From Candidatus Magasanikiibacteriota bacterium (GTDB lineage Bacteria > Patescibacteriota > Patescibacteriia > Magasanikbacterales > 2-02-FULL-50-9b): a DNA stretch of 64,000 bases. The stretch is taken from the NCBI GenBank assembly GCA_023246755.1, contig JAHFHU010000001.1, positions 6,072 to 70,071 on the forward strand, read 5' to 3'. Of this stretch, positions 21,631 through 34,276 are shown piece after piece (the stretch's first letter is position 1; every line of letters begins with the position of its first letter). The notes below the pieces were generated by a model that saw only the letters and a program-made list of their open reading frames with translations, did no database searches and was not told the DNA's origin. The translations under genes and the position numbers were made by a program.

Positions 21631-22485
21631 ATGAACAGTGCTTCGCTCGTACTCGTTGATCTCGACAAAACACTTATCGACGGAACATACAAACTCAATA
21701 CCGACATCGCACCACTGCAACGTGCGATTACGCGTGTACAATCACATGGCGGGCTCGTCGGACTATTCTCTGACAGTGCAATGCCGACCCTTGAAAAATA
21801 TGCGACCGAGTTTGGAATGCACGGTCCCATCATTGCAGAACGTGGCGCAATCATGCGCACCTACACAAAAAATGGGAATCACGACACGATCAGTCGTCCA
21901 GAGTTCTTTAAACAGAAGCAAAACACGATGTTGCTGTTACGCGACAAGCTGGTGAGCAAATTGTCAACAGATTGTCACACGCTACTCGTGATTGGAGATG
22001 TGATTGCGCTATCACAACAAAAAAATCCAGTTGCGTATACGCCGAAGAGTTTTGTAACGCGCGTTATACTTCTTAACTCACTGAGGCAGCACAGCATTTC
22101 GTTTTATGTTCGCACTGCAGGCGGTTTCTGTGAACAAGAATTCACCGCCCACACTGTTGCAGAACTCGAAGAAATCGTTGGAGAAAAATCTCTATCAAAA
22201 TATTGGTTTGACGTAAACAACGAATGTGGCATCTGTATAATGCACTACGCCGAAACATCAAAACCCGGTGCGGTAAGCGCAATCAAGAACGCCTTCCCTC
22301 AACGTCAAATTTATATGATCGGCGATAGCATGTCAGATTTTCTCGATTCCGAAGATGTAATCCAATGCGCGGTCGACAATGCTGCGCACGCCTATCAAGA
22401 CCGCTGCCAACTCCATTCACGCAACGACCTCACCCGTGGGGTAATCGATCTACTCGAGCAAATCGCCACGCAATCAGGATTCTGA
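21631..22485 (+). CDS. HAD-family hydrolase (Cof/IIB-like)
   Basis: VDLDKTL, IIAERGA, SKPGAV, IGDSMSD; AGGAGG SD. Confidence 0.8.
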   Translation: MNSASLVLVDLDKTLIDGTYKLNTDIAPLQRAITRVQSHGGLVGLFSDSAMPTLEKYATEFGMHGPIIAERGAIMRTYTKNGNHDTISRPEFFKQKQNTMLLLRDKLVSKLSTDCHTLLVIGDVIALSQQKNPVAYTPKSFVTRVILLNSLRQHSISFYVRTAGGFCEQEFTAHTVAELEEIVGEKSLSKYWFDVNNECGICIMHYAETSKPGAVSAIKNAFPQRQIYMIGDSMSDFLDSEDVIQCAVDNAAHAYQDRCQLHSRNDLTRGVIDLLEQIATQSGF

Positions 22486-22532
22486 AAATACCCGGCAAAA
22501 AACCAGTTCGAGCGCAGCATCCATGCCGCGCG

Positions 22533-22562
22533 GCCCATCTTAATTTGATGGGCTATTTTATT
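22533..22562. terminator. Terminator-like hairpin between the HAD gene and tsf
   Basis: GCCCATC-TTAATTT-GATGGGC followed by TATTTTATT. Confidence 0.5.
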
Positions 22563-22593
22563 AAGAATCAACACTTACAGAAATAAACCGCTC

Positions 22594-23187
22594 TTACTCC
22601 TGCCCCAAATGAAACCGAACGAACCGCTTTACTTGAATGTTCTCACCCATTTTCGCGATGCCGCTTTTCACGACCTCGTCGATTGTCATCGATTCATCTT
22701 TGACAAACCCTTGTTTGATCAAACACACATCCGTGTAAAATTTGGCGATTTTGCCCTCAATAATTTTCGTCATGATCTCCTCGGGCTTTCCCGAACCTTT
22801 CATTTCCTCTTTGTAAATTTCGCGTTCTTTTTCAACTAATTCAGCCGGAACAGCCGCCTCATCCAAATATAACGGATTCATCGCCGCGATGTGGAGTGCG
22901 ATGTCGTGTGCGAGCTGCACGAACGTATCGGTGCGCGCAACAAAATCAGTTTCGCACCGAAGTTCAAGCATCACACCAACTTTACCACCCCCGTGAATAT
23001 ATGAATAAACAATTCCTTCGCCCGCAACACGATCCGATTTTTTACCTGCCTTCAAAATCCCTTTCTTGCGAAGCGACTCTTCAGCAGCAACCATATCGCC
23101 GCCGCATTCTTCGAGCGCAGCTTTAACATCAACGATGCCCGCGCCTGTTTTTTCACGTAACTGTGCAATGAGCTTTGTATCGATCAT
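22594..23187 (-). CDS. tsf: Elongation factor Ts (short form)
   Basis: LREKTGAG, LRKKG, ELRCETDFVA, GENIQVKRFVRF. Confidence 0.97.
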   Translation of the reverse strand: MIDTKLIAQLREKTGAGIVDVKAALEECGGDMVAAEESLRKKGILKAGKKSDRVAGEGIVYSYIHGGGKVGVMLELRCETDFVARTDTFVQLAHDIALHIAAMNPLYLDEAAVPAELVEKEREIYKEEMKGSGKPEEIMTKIIEGKIAKFYTDVCLIKQGFVKDESMTIDEVVKSGIAKMGENIQVKRFVRFHLGQE

Positions 23188-23198
23188 ACAATTAAAAT

Positions 23199-23963
23199 TT
23201 ATTGTTGTGCCGCAACGAGCGGACGATCATTGTTGTTTGTTGGATGCGCTTTTTCTTCAACAGCTGCGACAACGGGACGCGCAGCCTTACCCTCGAGAAC
23301 TGCGTCAGCGATACATTGCGTGATAAGCGCAATTGATTTAACCGCATCGTCGTTTGCGGGAATTGGATGTGTCACCATTTCAGGATTTACATTCGTATCC
23401 GTAATTGCGACTGTCGAAATTCCACGCACGTTTGCTTCTGTCACCGCAGTTTTTTCCGTACGAATATCGACGATGAACATCGCGTCCGGCATTTTTTTAA
23501 GCGTGCTCAAGCCTTCAAGCACGACACGTTTTTTTTGATAATCCGTTTCAAGCACCGATCGTTCTTTTTTGGTGTATTTTTCCCATGCACCCGCTTCGCG
23601 ATCCGCGCGCATTTTACGGTAGCGTTCAAGCAACTTACCAATTTCATCAAAATTTGAAATCGTCCCGCCGAGCCAACCTTCAACATTGTACGGCATGCCA
23701 CATCGCGTTGCCTCTGATTTCACAATTTCTTGTGCTTGTTGCTTGGTGCCGATAAAAAGCAACGATTTGCCTTCCATCGCGAGTTTTTTAACGAACTCAC
23801 ATGCTTCAGCGAGCTTTTCTTGCGTTGCTTCTAAATTAATTACATGAATTCCTTGGCGTTCGCCAAAAATATACGGCTTTGACTTTGGATGCCATCGTTC
23901 TGAACGATGACCAAAGTGCATGCCTGCCGCGAGCATTTCCTCGAGTGTAAGTGATTGTGGCAT
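23199..23963 (-). CDS. rpsB: 30S ribosomal protein S2
   Basis: AGMHFGH, WLGG, DTNVNP, IPANDDA. Confidence 0.98.
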   Translation of the reverse strand: MPQSLTLEEMLAAGMHFGHRSERWHPKSKPYIFGERQGIHVINLEATQEKLAEACEFVKKLAMEGKSLLFIGTKQQAQEIVKSEATRCGMPYNVEGWLGGTISNFDEIGKLLERYRKMRADREAGAWEKYTKKERSVLETDYQKKRVVLEGLSTLKKMPDAMFIVDIRTEKTAVTEANVRGISTVAITDTNVNPEMVTHPIPANDDAVKSIALITQCIADAVLEGKAARPVVAAVEEKAHPTNNNDRPLVAAQQ

Positions 23964-24062
23964 AAATTTCCTTTTAATCGACCCCTGTCTCGCCCGAGGA
24001 CCCGAATTTTCGGGCAGGTCTCACGCGGTTAGCAACAAGGTGATTTGTTAATAAGTGAGCGA

Positions 24063-24091
24063 AGTTTAGCAAGGTTACGGCACGGCGTCAA
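24063..24091 (-). promoter_or_regulatory. rpsB-tsf promoter TTGACG-N17-TAAACT (extended -10)
   Basis: Consensus boxes ~100 nt upstream of rpsB; leader contains a CCCGAA-TT-TTCGGG hairpin. Confidence 0.65.
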
Positions 24092-24360
24092 TAGACCTCA
24101 TCGTGAGTTCCTATTGATTCAAAAATAACGGTCGTCGCATCAATAAACCGAAAAATAATGCGATAATCCCTCGTAATTGAAAAGGCGTGGTGGCCCGATA
24201 ATTTTCCATCTAGTTTGTGCGTGTGCAAAAATCGGTGAAACGGATCGTTATGAAAAATCCCAACTTTGTGATTAATTATAGAAAAAAATTCCCGCGGTAC
24301 TTTCTTCGCAGCGCGCGCATAGTGTGAACTAAAAATAATTTTTACCCCCTTCCCCTCCAT
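24088..24360 (-). CDS. RelE/YafQ-family type II toxin
   Basis: LHTHKL.GKLSG..AFSITRDYRIIF...IGTHDEVY. Confidence 0.88.
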   Translation of the reverse strand: MEGKGVKIIFSSHYARAAKKVPREFFSIINHKVGIFHNDPFHRFLHTHKLDGKLSGHHAFSITRDYRIIFRFIDATTVIFESIGTHDEVY

Positions 24361-24368
24361 AAATCAGA

Positions 24369-24596
24369 TCATTCATCAACGATCGCTTCCATCGATACCC
24401 ACGACTCGCACAAACCAGCTTTCCGCTCTCGCTCTGACTTCGCAATTCCACGTAACAAAAAAAATAATCTCCACTCCTTGCGAATATGCCTTACGATGTG
24501 TGAAAAATTCGCATGTGGCACACGCACCGCTTCACCCAATGCCCCAAATAATGCTTTGGGTAATGATAAAATTGACGCCTCCTGTTGATTCAACAT
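24369..24596 (-). CDS. Probable antitoxin
   Basis: Small ORF directly upstream of the toxin; C-terminal 'IAKSERERKAG...W.S.E' pattern. Confidence 0.6.
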   Translation of the reverse strand: MLNQQEASILSLPKALFGALGEAVRVPHANFSHIVRHIRKEWRLFFLLRGIAKSERERKAGLCESWVSMEAIVDE

Positions 24597-24629
24597 AGTA
24601 ATATGACTATACCAAATCAACGCACGGCG

Positions 24630-25679
24630 TCAAGCGGCATCAGCCTGATCTGCTTTTTTCAAAGCCATAACAATTCCACCCAAATCCCCGTCCATAATTT
24701 TTGGTAAATTGTGCCACGACTCCTCGATTCGATGGTCTGTCACGCGATCCTGCGGAAAATTGTATGTTCGAATTTTTTCGCTGCGGTCGCCCGTGCCAAC
24801 TTGCGTTTTGCGTTTTGCCGCGCGCTCAGCCGCAACTCGCGCAACTTCGGCCTCAAAAACGCGCGCACGCATAATTTGCATCGCGCGCTCTTTATTTTGC
24901 GCCTGTGATCGTTCATCCTGACATGTCACCACGATGCCGGTTGGAATATGAACCATCCGAATCGCACTGTACGTCGTGTTAACCGACTGCCCACCCGCGC
25001 CCTGCGACGTTGTTGCTTCAATTTTTAAATCCTTCGCATCAAGCACAACATCAACCGCTTCTGGTTCAGGCATAATTGCAACGGTCACGGTCGATGTGTG
25101 AACACGGCCCGCCTTTTCAGTCTCTGGCACGCGCTGCACGCGATGTACCCCACTTTCAAATTGCAGCTCTCCATACACGCCCTGCCCTTTTAATTCAAAT
25201 GTTACCTCTTTAACACCCCCAATTCCGGTTCGACTCATGGACAACAAATCAAATTTCCAACCGCGCACGCCCGCATACATCGTGTACATGCGATACAGTT
25301 CCGCCGCAAACAAACCAGCCTCATCGCCACCAACACCCGCGCGAATTTCGATAATAACATTTTTATTCGCAAATGGATCGGGATCACGAAGCAATTCCGC
25401 AACATCCCGCGCGAGCGCATCAACACGCACAACACAATCATCGATTTCTGCGCGCGCCATCTCAACCAATTCCGGCTCGGCGTTCGCTGCGATAATTTCT
25501 TCCGCTTCTTTGAGCGCGCCTTCAGCGCCGCGCAATTCACGAATTTTTTCAGCAACCAGCCGCAGCTCCGCATATTTTTGCGAAACAACTTTTAAACGAA
25601 GAGAATCTCCAATGACGCGGGGGTCTTGGAGATCCTGTTCGGCGGCCTGAAATTCTTGAAGAACCTCGTCGGCCTTCAT
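24630..25679 (-). CDS. prfA: Peptide chain release factor 1
   Basis: [12 protein letters not shown] (PxT), [20 protein letters not shown]. Confidence 0.97.
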   Translation of the reverse strand: MKADEVLQEFQAAEQDLQDPRVIGDSLRLKVVSQKYAELRLVAEKIRELRGAEGALKEAEEIIAANAEPELVEMARAEIDDCVVRVDALARDVAELLRDPDPFANKNVIIEIRAGVGGDEAGLFAAELYRMYTMYAGVRGWKFDLLSMSRTGIGGVKEVTFELKGQGVYGELQFESGVHRVQRVPETEKAGRVHTSTVTVAIMPEPEAVDVVLDAKDLKIEATTSQGAGGQSVNTTYSAIRMVHIPTGIVVTCQDERSQAQNKERAMQIMRARVFEAEVARVAAERAAKRKTQVGTGDRSEKIRTYNFPQDRVTDHRIEESWHNLPKIMDGDLGGIVMALKKADQADAA

Positions 25680-25688
25680 AATATAAAT

Positions 25689-25979
25689 TTATTTACCCAC
25701 TGCCTTTTTTTCTGCACGCTTAGCTTTGCGCGCAACTTCTTTTTCTGATTTTGTTCGAGTTGCATCGGATTTCGAGGTAAGCTTCGTTGCCTTTTCCTGA
25801 AACTTTTCGATACGACGCGCGGTATCAACAAAATTCTGTTTACCCGTGTAAAACGGGTGGCACGCGCTGCATAATTCAATACGAAGTGCGGTCAGTGTTG
25901 AACCAACCTCAAATGTATTGCCACATGCGCATGCAACAGGTGCGTTAAGGGTATATTTAGGATGTGTGCCTTGTTTCAT
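25689..25979 (-). CDS. rpmE: 50S ribosomal protein L31 (zinc-binding type)
   Basis: MK..THP.Y, CACG, CSACHPFYTG. Confidence 0.96.
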   Translation of the reverse strand: MKQGTHPKYTLNAPVACACGNTFEVGSTLTALRIELCSACHPFYTGKQNFVDTARRIEKFQEKATKLTSKSDATRTKSEKEVARKAKRAEKKAVGK

Positions 25980-26062
25980 AGTGGGTGCAGTGTAACATGT
26001 GACTATATTTTTGGCAAGATCGATGCTTGACCGCGCGTTTTTTTTCAGATATTGTCTAAGGT

Positions 26063-26851
26063 ATGCAACTTTCCATCGACGACGACTATTTACTGCGCTT
26101 CGTGCTCAAAAAAACGCGCGCGGAATTTTTACGCGACGCGCGCCTGCCGATTTCCGCAGCCGATCGTCGTCGTTTTACCGTGCTTAAAAAAAGACGGGCC
26201 GCCGGCATGCCCATGCAATATATCGTGGGGACCGCATGGTTTTATGGACTCGAATTTTTTGTGTCGCGCGCCGTGTTAATTCCACGCCCGGAAACAGAAC
26301 TACTCGTTGATCGGGCGCGCGAAAAAAAATTTGATCTACTCATCGACGTCGGAACGGGTTCGGGTGCAATTGCGATCGCGCTTGCAAAAAATGTGCCGGC
26401 GACCACAAAAATTATTGCGTGCGATATTTCTGCACGCGCACTCGCTGTTGCCAAAAAAAATTGCACACGCCACAAAACAAAAGTATGTTTTGCTCACAGC
26501 AATTTACTCGCCGAAATTCCATGGCCTCGAGCCCCGCATATTCTAATCGCCGCAAATCTTCCCTACCTTTCAGACGCGCGCATGAAAAAAATTTCCAAAA
26601 CCGAAGTGGCCCATGAACCTCGACGTGCGCTCTATGGTGGACATGATGGACTTGATCTCTATCAAAAACTTTTCGCCCAAATTCGCGAAAAAAAACTCAG
26701 CGCACAACACATAACCGTTCTTGCTGAAATTGATCCTGAGCAAAAAACAAAACTCGCGCACCTTGCAGCACGCGAGCTTCCAAATTCTGAAATTTTATTC
26801 CACACTGATTTGCGCGGCGACATTCGCCTCGCCGAGATTATTATTTCTTAG
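26063..26851 (+). CDS. prmC: Release factor glutamine methyltransferase
   Basis: VLIPRPETE, DVGTGSG, ANLPY, EPR.AL.GG.DGL. Confidence 0.93.
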   Translation: MQLSIDDDYLLRFVLKKTRAEFLRDARLPISAADRRRFTVLKKRRAAGMPMQYIVGTAWFYGLEFFVSRAVLIPRPETELLVDRAREKKFDLLIDVGTGSGAIAIALAKNVPATTKIIACDISARALAVAKKNCTRHKTKVCFAHSNLLAEIPWPRAPHILIAANLPYLSDARMKKISKTEVAHEPRRALYGGHDGLDLYQKLFAQIREKKLSAQHITVLAEIDPEQKTKLAHLAARELPNSEILFHTDLRGDIRLAEIIIS

Positions 26852-27515
26852 CGTCTGCACCTTCTGTCGCAGCTTCAGCAACATCCTCTTTCTTACCAAC
26901 GACTTCGATCTTCGAAACGTCAGATGAATTTTCTGCTTCAAGTGCTTTGAGTTGATCTTCGGTGAGTGGCGCCGACACCTTCGCGACAACATCGTCCGCT
27001 TCGTCGAGCACGGTCAAACCTTCGGTCAACATGATATCTGCAACCGTGATCACATCGTCGTATGTTTGCAATTTATCAAGCGAAACTGAAATCGAACGGA
27101 CCAAAAACTTCGGCAAACAACGAACGGTAAGCGCGTCTTTAATTTTCATCACCGTTCCACCCGCTTTCGCCGCCGGTGCTTCACCGACAAATTCGAGCGA
27201 CACATCGGTTTCCAATTCTTTCTTCATCGAAACCGCGTAAAAATCAACGTGCGTAAACGCACCGGTACGCGGATCTGTCTGCATGTCCTTGATAAGGACG
27301 CTATGCTGAGCGCCGCCCGCAACATCGATTTCAACAAGCATGCTTTCGCCCGCTTGAGTTAAAACTTTGCCGAACGGATTTGATTCGATGATAATCGAAA
27401 CAGGCTCCATTTCTGGGCCATAAATAACTGCCGGAATTTTGCGGTCTGCGCGTACGGCCCGAAGTGCGCCGCGGTTAGCTAACTCGCGAATCGTTGCTGA
27501 TAATGTTACTGACAT
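26841..27515 (-). CDS. rplY: 50S ribosomal protein L25/Ctc
   Basis: IPAVIYG, Q.DP...HVDFY, GEAPA.K.GG; start MSVTL. Confidence 0.92.
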   Translation of the reverse strand: MSVTLSATIRELANRGALRAVRADRKIPAVIYGPEMEPVSIIIESNPFGKVLTQAGESMLVEIDVAGGAQHSVLIKDMQTDPRTGAFTHVDFYAVSMKKELETDVSLEFVGEAPAAKAGGTVMKIKDALTVRCLPKFLVRSISVSLDKLQTYDDVITVADIMLTEGLTVLDEADDVVAKVSAPLTEDQLKALEAENSSDVSKIEVVGKKEDVAEAATEGADAKK

Positions 27516-27517
27516 AG

Positions 27518-27862
27518 TCAATTCAAGAATGTTTCTTTTGAAAGCTGATCCTCTTTGAGGAAATTGTGCCACGCGATACAATCGTCCCAGCTGACTGTCT
27601 CGGAATTCTTAAAGCGTCCGAGGTCTTCGGGTACTGTGTCCGTGATGAGCCCGATCGAGCTCATTCCATTCACTTGATTCGTTATCAACGCAACAACAGA
27701 GTGTCTGCATTTTTTACAGGTCACAAACACAAGGTGCTTGCCATCCTGTTCGTCGATAACCTTAATTTCAAGCGGTTCGTAGGCTGTTTCGCAAAGTGGG
27801 CATTGCTGAATTAACTGCATGCCCTCTTCAACATGTGAACGCTTTTTGCGCTTCGGTGCCAT
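27518..27862 (-). CDS. Zn-ribbon-like hypothetical protein
   Basis: CPLC ... CKKC; start MAPKRKK. Confidence 0.7.
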   Translation of the reverse strand: MAPKRKKRSHVEEGMQLIQQCPLCETAYEPLEIKVIDEQDGKHLVFVTCKKCRHSVVALITNQVNGMSSIGLITDTVPEDLGRFKNSETVSWDDCIAWHNFLKEDQLSKETFLN

Positions 27863-27939
27863 AGAAGAGTGATCAGGTATGGGGGGACTATAGCAGCTCG
27901 AGATATTTTTTGCAAGAGGGGCCGCTCGTGAACATTTTC

Positions 27940-29031
27940 TCAATTTTGATGCGAAATGATACTTTCAACGACGCCGAGTAAAATCAAATTTATAATAAGC
28001 GACGATCCTCCGTAGCTGACAAACGGCAACGCGATACCGGTAACGGGCAACAAACCGGTTGTGCCGCCCAAATTAATCACAATTTGCATGAGCCACAACC
28101 CGAGCGCGCTCATGAGAACGGCCAGTCGGAAATCGTCGCGCGCCGCGATCGCATGTCGCACGATGCGCCAACCAACAACGACGTAGCACGCAAAAAGTGC
28201 GAGTACCCCAACAAAACCGAGCTCTTCACCGACGACCGAAAATACAAAATCTGTTTGGCGTTCCGGCAAAAAATTTAACTGATTCTGCGAACCATACCCA
28301 TACCCTTTTCCAAAAAAACCACCCGAACCAATCGCGATAATTGATTGCTGCACATTATAACCGGTGCCAAGCGGATCGCGTTGTGGATCGATAAACGATG
28401 ATAAACGGTCTTTTTGATATGGTTTGAGCAACACAAACCAGCCGAGCATCGCAACAACTATAAAGCTGCCGAGGAGGAGGAGCAGATACGCGCGGCGCGT
28501 GCCAACAAAAAATAGAAGCCAGAGCCACAAACCACCGAGCACGAGCGCACTTCCCAAATCTGGTTGGCGCATCACCAAAAACATAGGAACGAGCACAAGG
28601 AGCGCAGTTCCGAAAAAAAATAACGCCGTTTTAAAAGCGCGCCCACGTCGATCGATTACGCGCGCAAACGTAAGCGCAAGTGCAAGTTTCATGAACTCGA
28701 CCGGTTGGAATGAAAACCCCGCCATCTGAAACCAACCCTTGGTTCCACGAACTGTTTGTCCAAATAAAAGCACCGCGATGAGAAACGCGAGACCCACAAA
28801 ATACCACGTCCGACTTGTTGCACGAAAAACTTCTGGGTGCATTCGGGACAAAACAAATACCGCTACCACGCCGAGGCCGAGCGCGACAAGCTGGTGTTTC
28901 AACAGACTCAACGTCGTGCCGTAACTCAAATCAACGCTCGAAATCGCAAGAAGCCCGATCAAAATCGCACCAAAAACAGCGCCAAAGAGCACCCAATCAA
29001 ACGAACGATATCGCAAAAAAATCCCGAGCAT
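27940..29031 (-). CDS. rodA: SEDS glycosyltransferase RodA
   Basis: FQPVEFMK, QPDLG, DP.GTGY, LPERQTDF, TGI.LPFVSYGGSS. Confidence 0.93.
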   Translation of the reverse strand: MLGIFLRYRSFDWVLFGAVFGAILIGLLAISSVDLSYGTTLSLLKHQLVALGLGVVAVFVLSRMHPEVFRATSRTWYFVGLAFLIAVLLFGQTVRGTKGWFQMAGFSFQPVEFMKLALALTFARVIDRRGRAFKTALFFFGTALLVLVPMFLVMRQPDLGSALVLGGLWLWLLFFVGTRRAYLLLLLGSFIVVAMLGWFVLLKPYQKDRLSSFIDPQRDPLGTGYNVQQSIIAIGSGGFFGKGYGYGSQNQLNFLPERQTDFVFSVVGEELGFVGVLALFACYVVVGWRIVRHAIAARDDFRLAVLMSALGLWLMQIVINLGGTTGLLPVTGIALPFVSYGGSSLIINLILLGVVESIISHQN

Positions 29032-29053
29032 AGTCGATTCTAAACTACGCCAC

Positions 29054-29977
29054 TTATTGCATCATGTAAACACTCGGATCAAAAACATCAACCGACGGCG
29101 TCACGATCACCTCGTCAACCAACTGATTTTTCACGTAGTTACGAAGATCGACCGGACGCGTCTCACCTGTTTTGAATTCTTTAATCTGCGTTTCTTCGAT
29201 TCCTTCCACCGCACCGCCGCGCATCAGCACGATTTGAAGCGGCAACGACCAAAAATTGTACGCGGATTTATTTGTAATTTTAAACGTGATGCTGTTACCA
29301 CTGTTATCCGCAATCGGATTATCGCTCGAAAGACCGGCTTGCGTAAATTTCGCATCAATAACGTCAAACGCCGCGTGATCCGTGATAAATTTTTGCGTGT
29401 CCATGATTTCATGCTGATCAATCCGACTCCACAGGGTGTTCGTGATTTTAAGCGCAACATCAGAAACCGATTGTTCAGAACGCCGATCCCCGAGCACGGA
29501 CAAAAATTTCTTCTCTCCCGGCAAAATAAAAGTTGTCTGTGTCTTCGTTGCATCGCCGCCCGCAATATCAAATTGATATGTCACGAGCGCATACCAATCT
29601 TTATTCGGGTTTTGCACCTCAACCGCAAAATCAAATCGATCATTCCCCGCATCGAACGTGTACACACGACCATCACCAAAATCAAGTGGCGCCGCAGCTT
29701 CCGATTTAATTCGATTCGCCGAGGGCACTTGCAAACGACGCGCGATATCAAGCACCATCTGCTGGTCATGCGTTTGACCCGTGAGAAGATACTGAACAAA
29801 TCCAAACAACGCATACGCGATGAGCATCACATCTGCGACGATCCACACCGCGATCCCTAAATTTCGCAGAATCACTTTATGCGTAACAAACCAATAACTA
29901 CGCCCCAACTCTTTTGAGCTGAACGTATCATCGACCGGTTCGTATTTATTTATGCGTGCATCAAAAGAACTCGGCAT
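29054..29977 (-). CDS. Hypothetical single-TM protein with extracellular beta-rich domains
   Basis: ORF with one TM segment; V.NPN..W, FILPGEKK motifs. Confidence 0.75.
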   Translation of the reverse strand: MPSSFDARINKYEPVDDTFSSKELGRSYWFVTHKVILRNLGIAVWIVADVMLIAYALFGFVQYLLTGQTHDQQMVLDIARRLQVPSANRIKSEAAAPLDFGDGRVYTFDAGNDRFDFAVEVQNPNKDWYALVTYQFDIAGGDATKTQTTFILPGEKKFLSVLGDRRSEQSVSDVALKITNTLWSRIDQHEIMDTQKFITDHAAFDVIDAKFTQAGLSSDNPIADNSGNSITFKITNKSAYNFWSLPLQIVLMRGGAVEGIEETQIKEFKTGETRPVDLRNYVKNQLVDEVIVTPSVDVFDPSVYMMQ

Positions 29978-30079
29978 ATTGATGTTGCACATTATAGCAC
30001 GGCGTTGACACGTGGTATATTGTATGCAATGATTGTCGTCTCGGGCACATCAATCAACAGTCCGAACACGGAGAAATCC

Positions 30080-30604
30080 ATGAGCAAGCTCATATTGACG
30101 CTACAATGGTGCGCTACTCCCGGGCACCGGCGCATTCACGCTTCGACAGGTCGTCCGATCGCAGACGCGGTGGTCCGTGAACGACTCGAACTTCACTGCG
30201 AACCGCTCGCGCACGAAAGCCCAAGCGTGATCAAAACCATGGCCGTCGACCTCACCGAATTCACGGATCTGAATGTTCCCGAAGAAACTATTGCGCTGTT
30301 CTGCGACCTCGTGCGCGGAATCGTCGAATGTCTGTTCAACACCAGCGCGCTTCTGCAACATGACCCACCCAAAGTCTGGCACACCAACACACACAACATC
30401 TGGCTCGTATACGGAGATACGCGGATCGAAATTGCACACCCCGCGTACGGACAGAAGTTGTATTGCGCGGCGACTGACGATACGCCAGTACGCTTGCGCT
30501 GCAACAGCTCAGAAGACTACCCGCGGCACTTATGGGCGTTCATTAATAGATACGCCACCGAAGTGAAGGCGATCATGGAATCAGTTGCCAACGCAACGCC
30601 GTAA
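30080..30604 (+). CDS. Hypothetical protein (orphan, 174 aa)
   Basis: ATG behind GGAG SD; TTGACA at 30005-30010; terminator downstream. Confidence 0.65.
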   Translation: MSKLILTLQWCATPGHRRIHASTGRPIADAVVRERLELHCEPLAHESPSVIKTMAVDLTEFTDLNVPEETIALFCDLVRGIVECLFNTSALLQHDPPKVWHTNTHNIWLVYGDTRIEIAHPAYGQKLYCAATDDTPVRLRCNSSEDYPRHLWAFINRYATEVKAIMESVANATP

Positions 30605-30631
30605 AGCATGGTGCACTCGCACAGTCACACG

Positions 30632-30688
30632 CAGCCCGCGCCGAATGAGACAATCCCATCGTCTCTTCGGCCCGGGCTGATTTTTTTT
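30632..30688 (+). terminator. Intrinsic terminator
   Basis: CAGCCCG...CCGAA...GAGAC/GTCTC...TTCGG...CGGGCTG followed by T8. Confidence 0.75.
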
Positions 30689-30707
30689 AATAACGTTGAT
30701 TGTAACG

Positions 30708-30837
30708 AATCCCTCTGCGACATTTTATTTTTGGAGCAGCCGAACAAAATTTTTTCATGCACTAAAAATTAATTTTGCAAAAACAAAATTTTGAGAGTGC
30801 GCCCGCGTTCAAAAATAAAATGCCGCAGAGGAGGGAT

Positions 30838-30838
<1 letters not shown>
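30708..30838. repeat. ~130-bp long imperfect inverted repeat (MITE/REP-like or structured RNA)
   Basis: AATCCCTCTGCGACATTTTATTTTTG (30708-30733) pairs with CAAAAATAAAATGCCGCAGAGGAGGGATT (30810-30838); inner CAAAATTTT/AAAATTTTG and TGCA/TGCA pairs. Confidence 0.7.
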
Positions 30839-34218
<3,380 letters not shown>

Positions 34219-34276
34219 TCAATCATTTATGCGTGACCAGTTTACCATGCCCCACCCACACTGACAACAATGTGTA

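Larger units (their letters stand above)
24080..24633. repeat. 12-bp direct repeat GCACGGCGTCAA at 24080-24091 and 24622-24633 flanking the TA module
   Basis: Exact match read in sequence. Confidence 0.85.

Noticed and set aside
22594-23187. Short EF-Ts as a truncation or pseudogene
   Set aside because: ~200-aa EF-Ts forms are established in several phyla; both termini are intact
29997-30005. Third partial copy (GCACGGCGT) of the TA-flanking repeat
   Set aside because: Only 9 bp; could be chance
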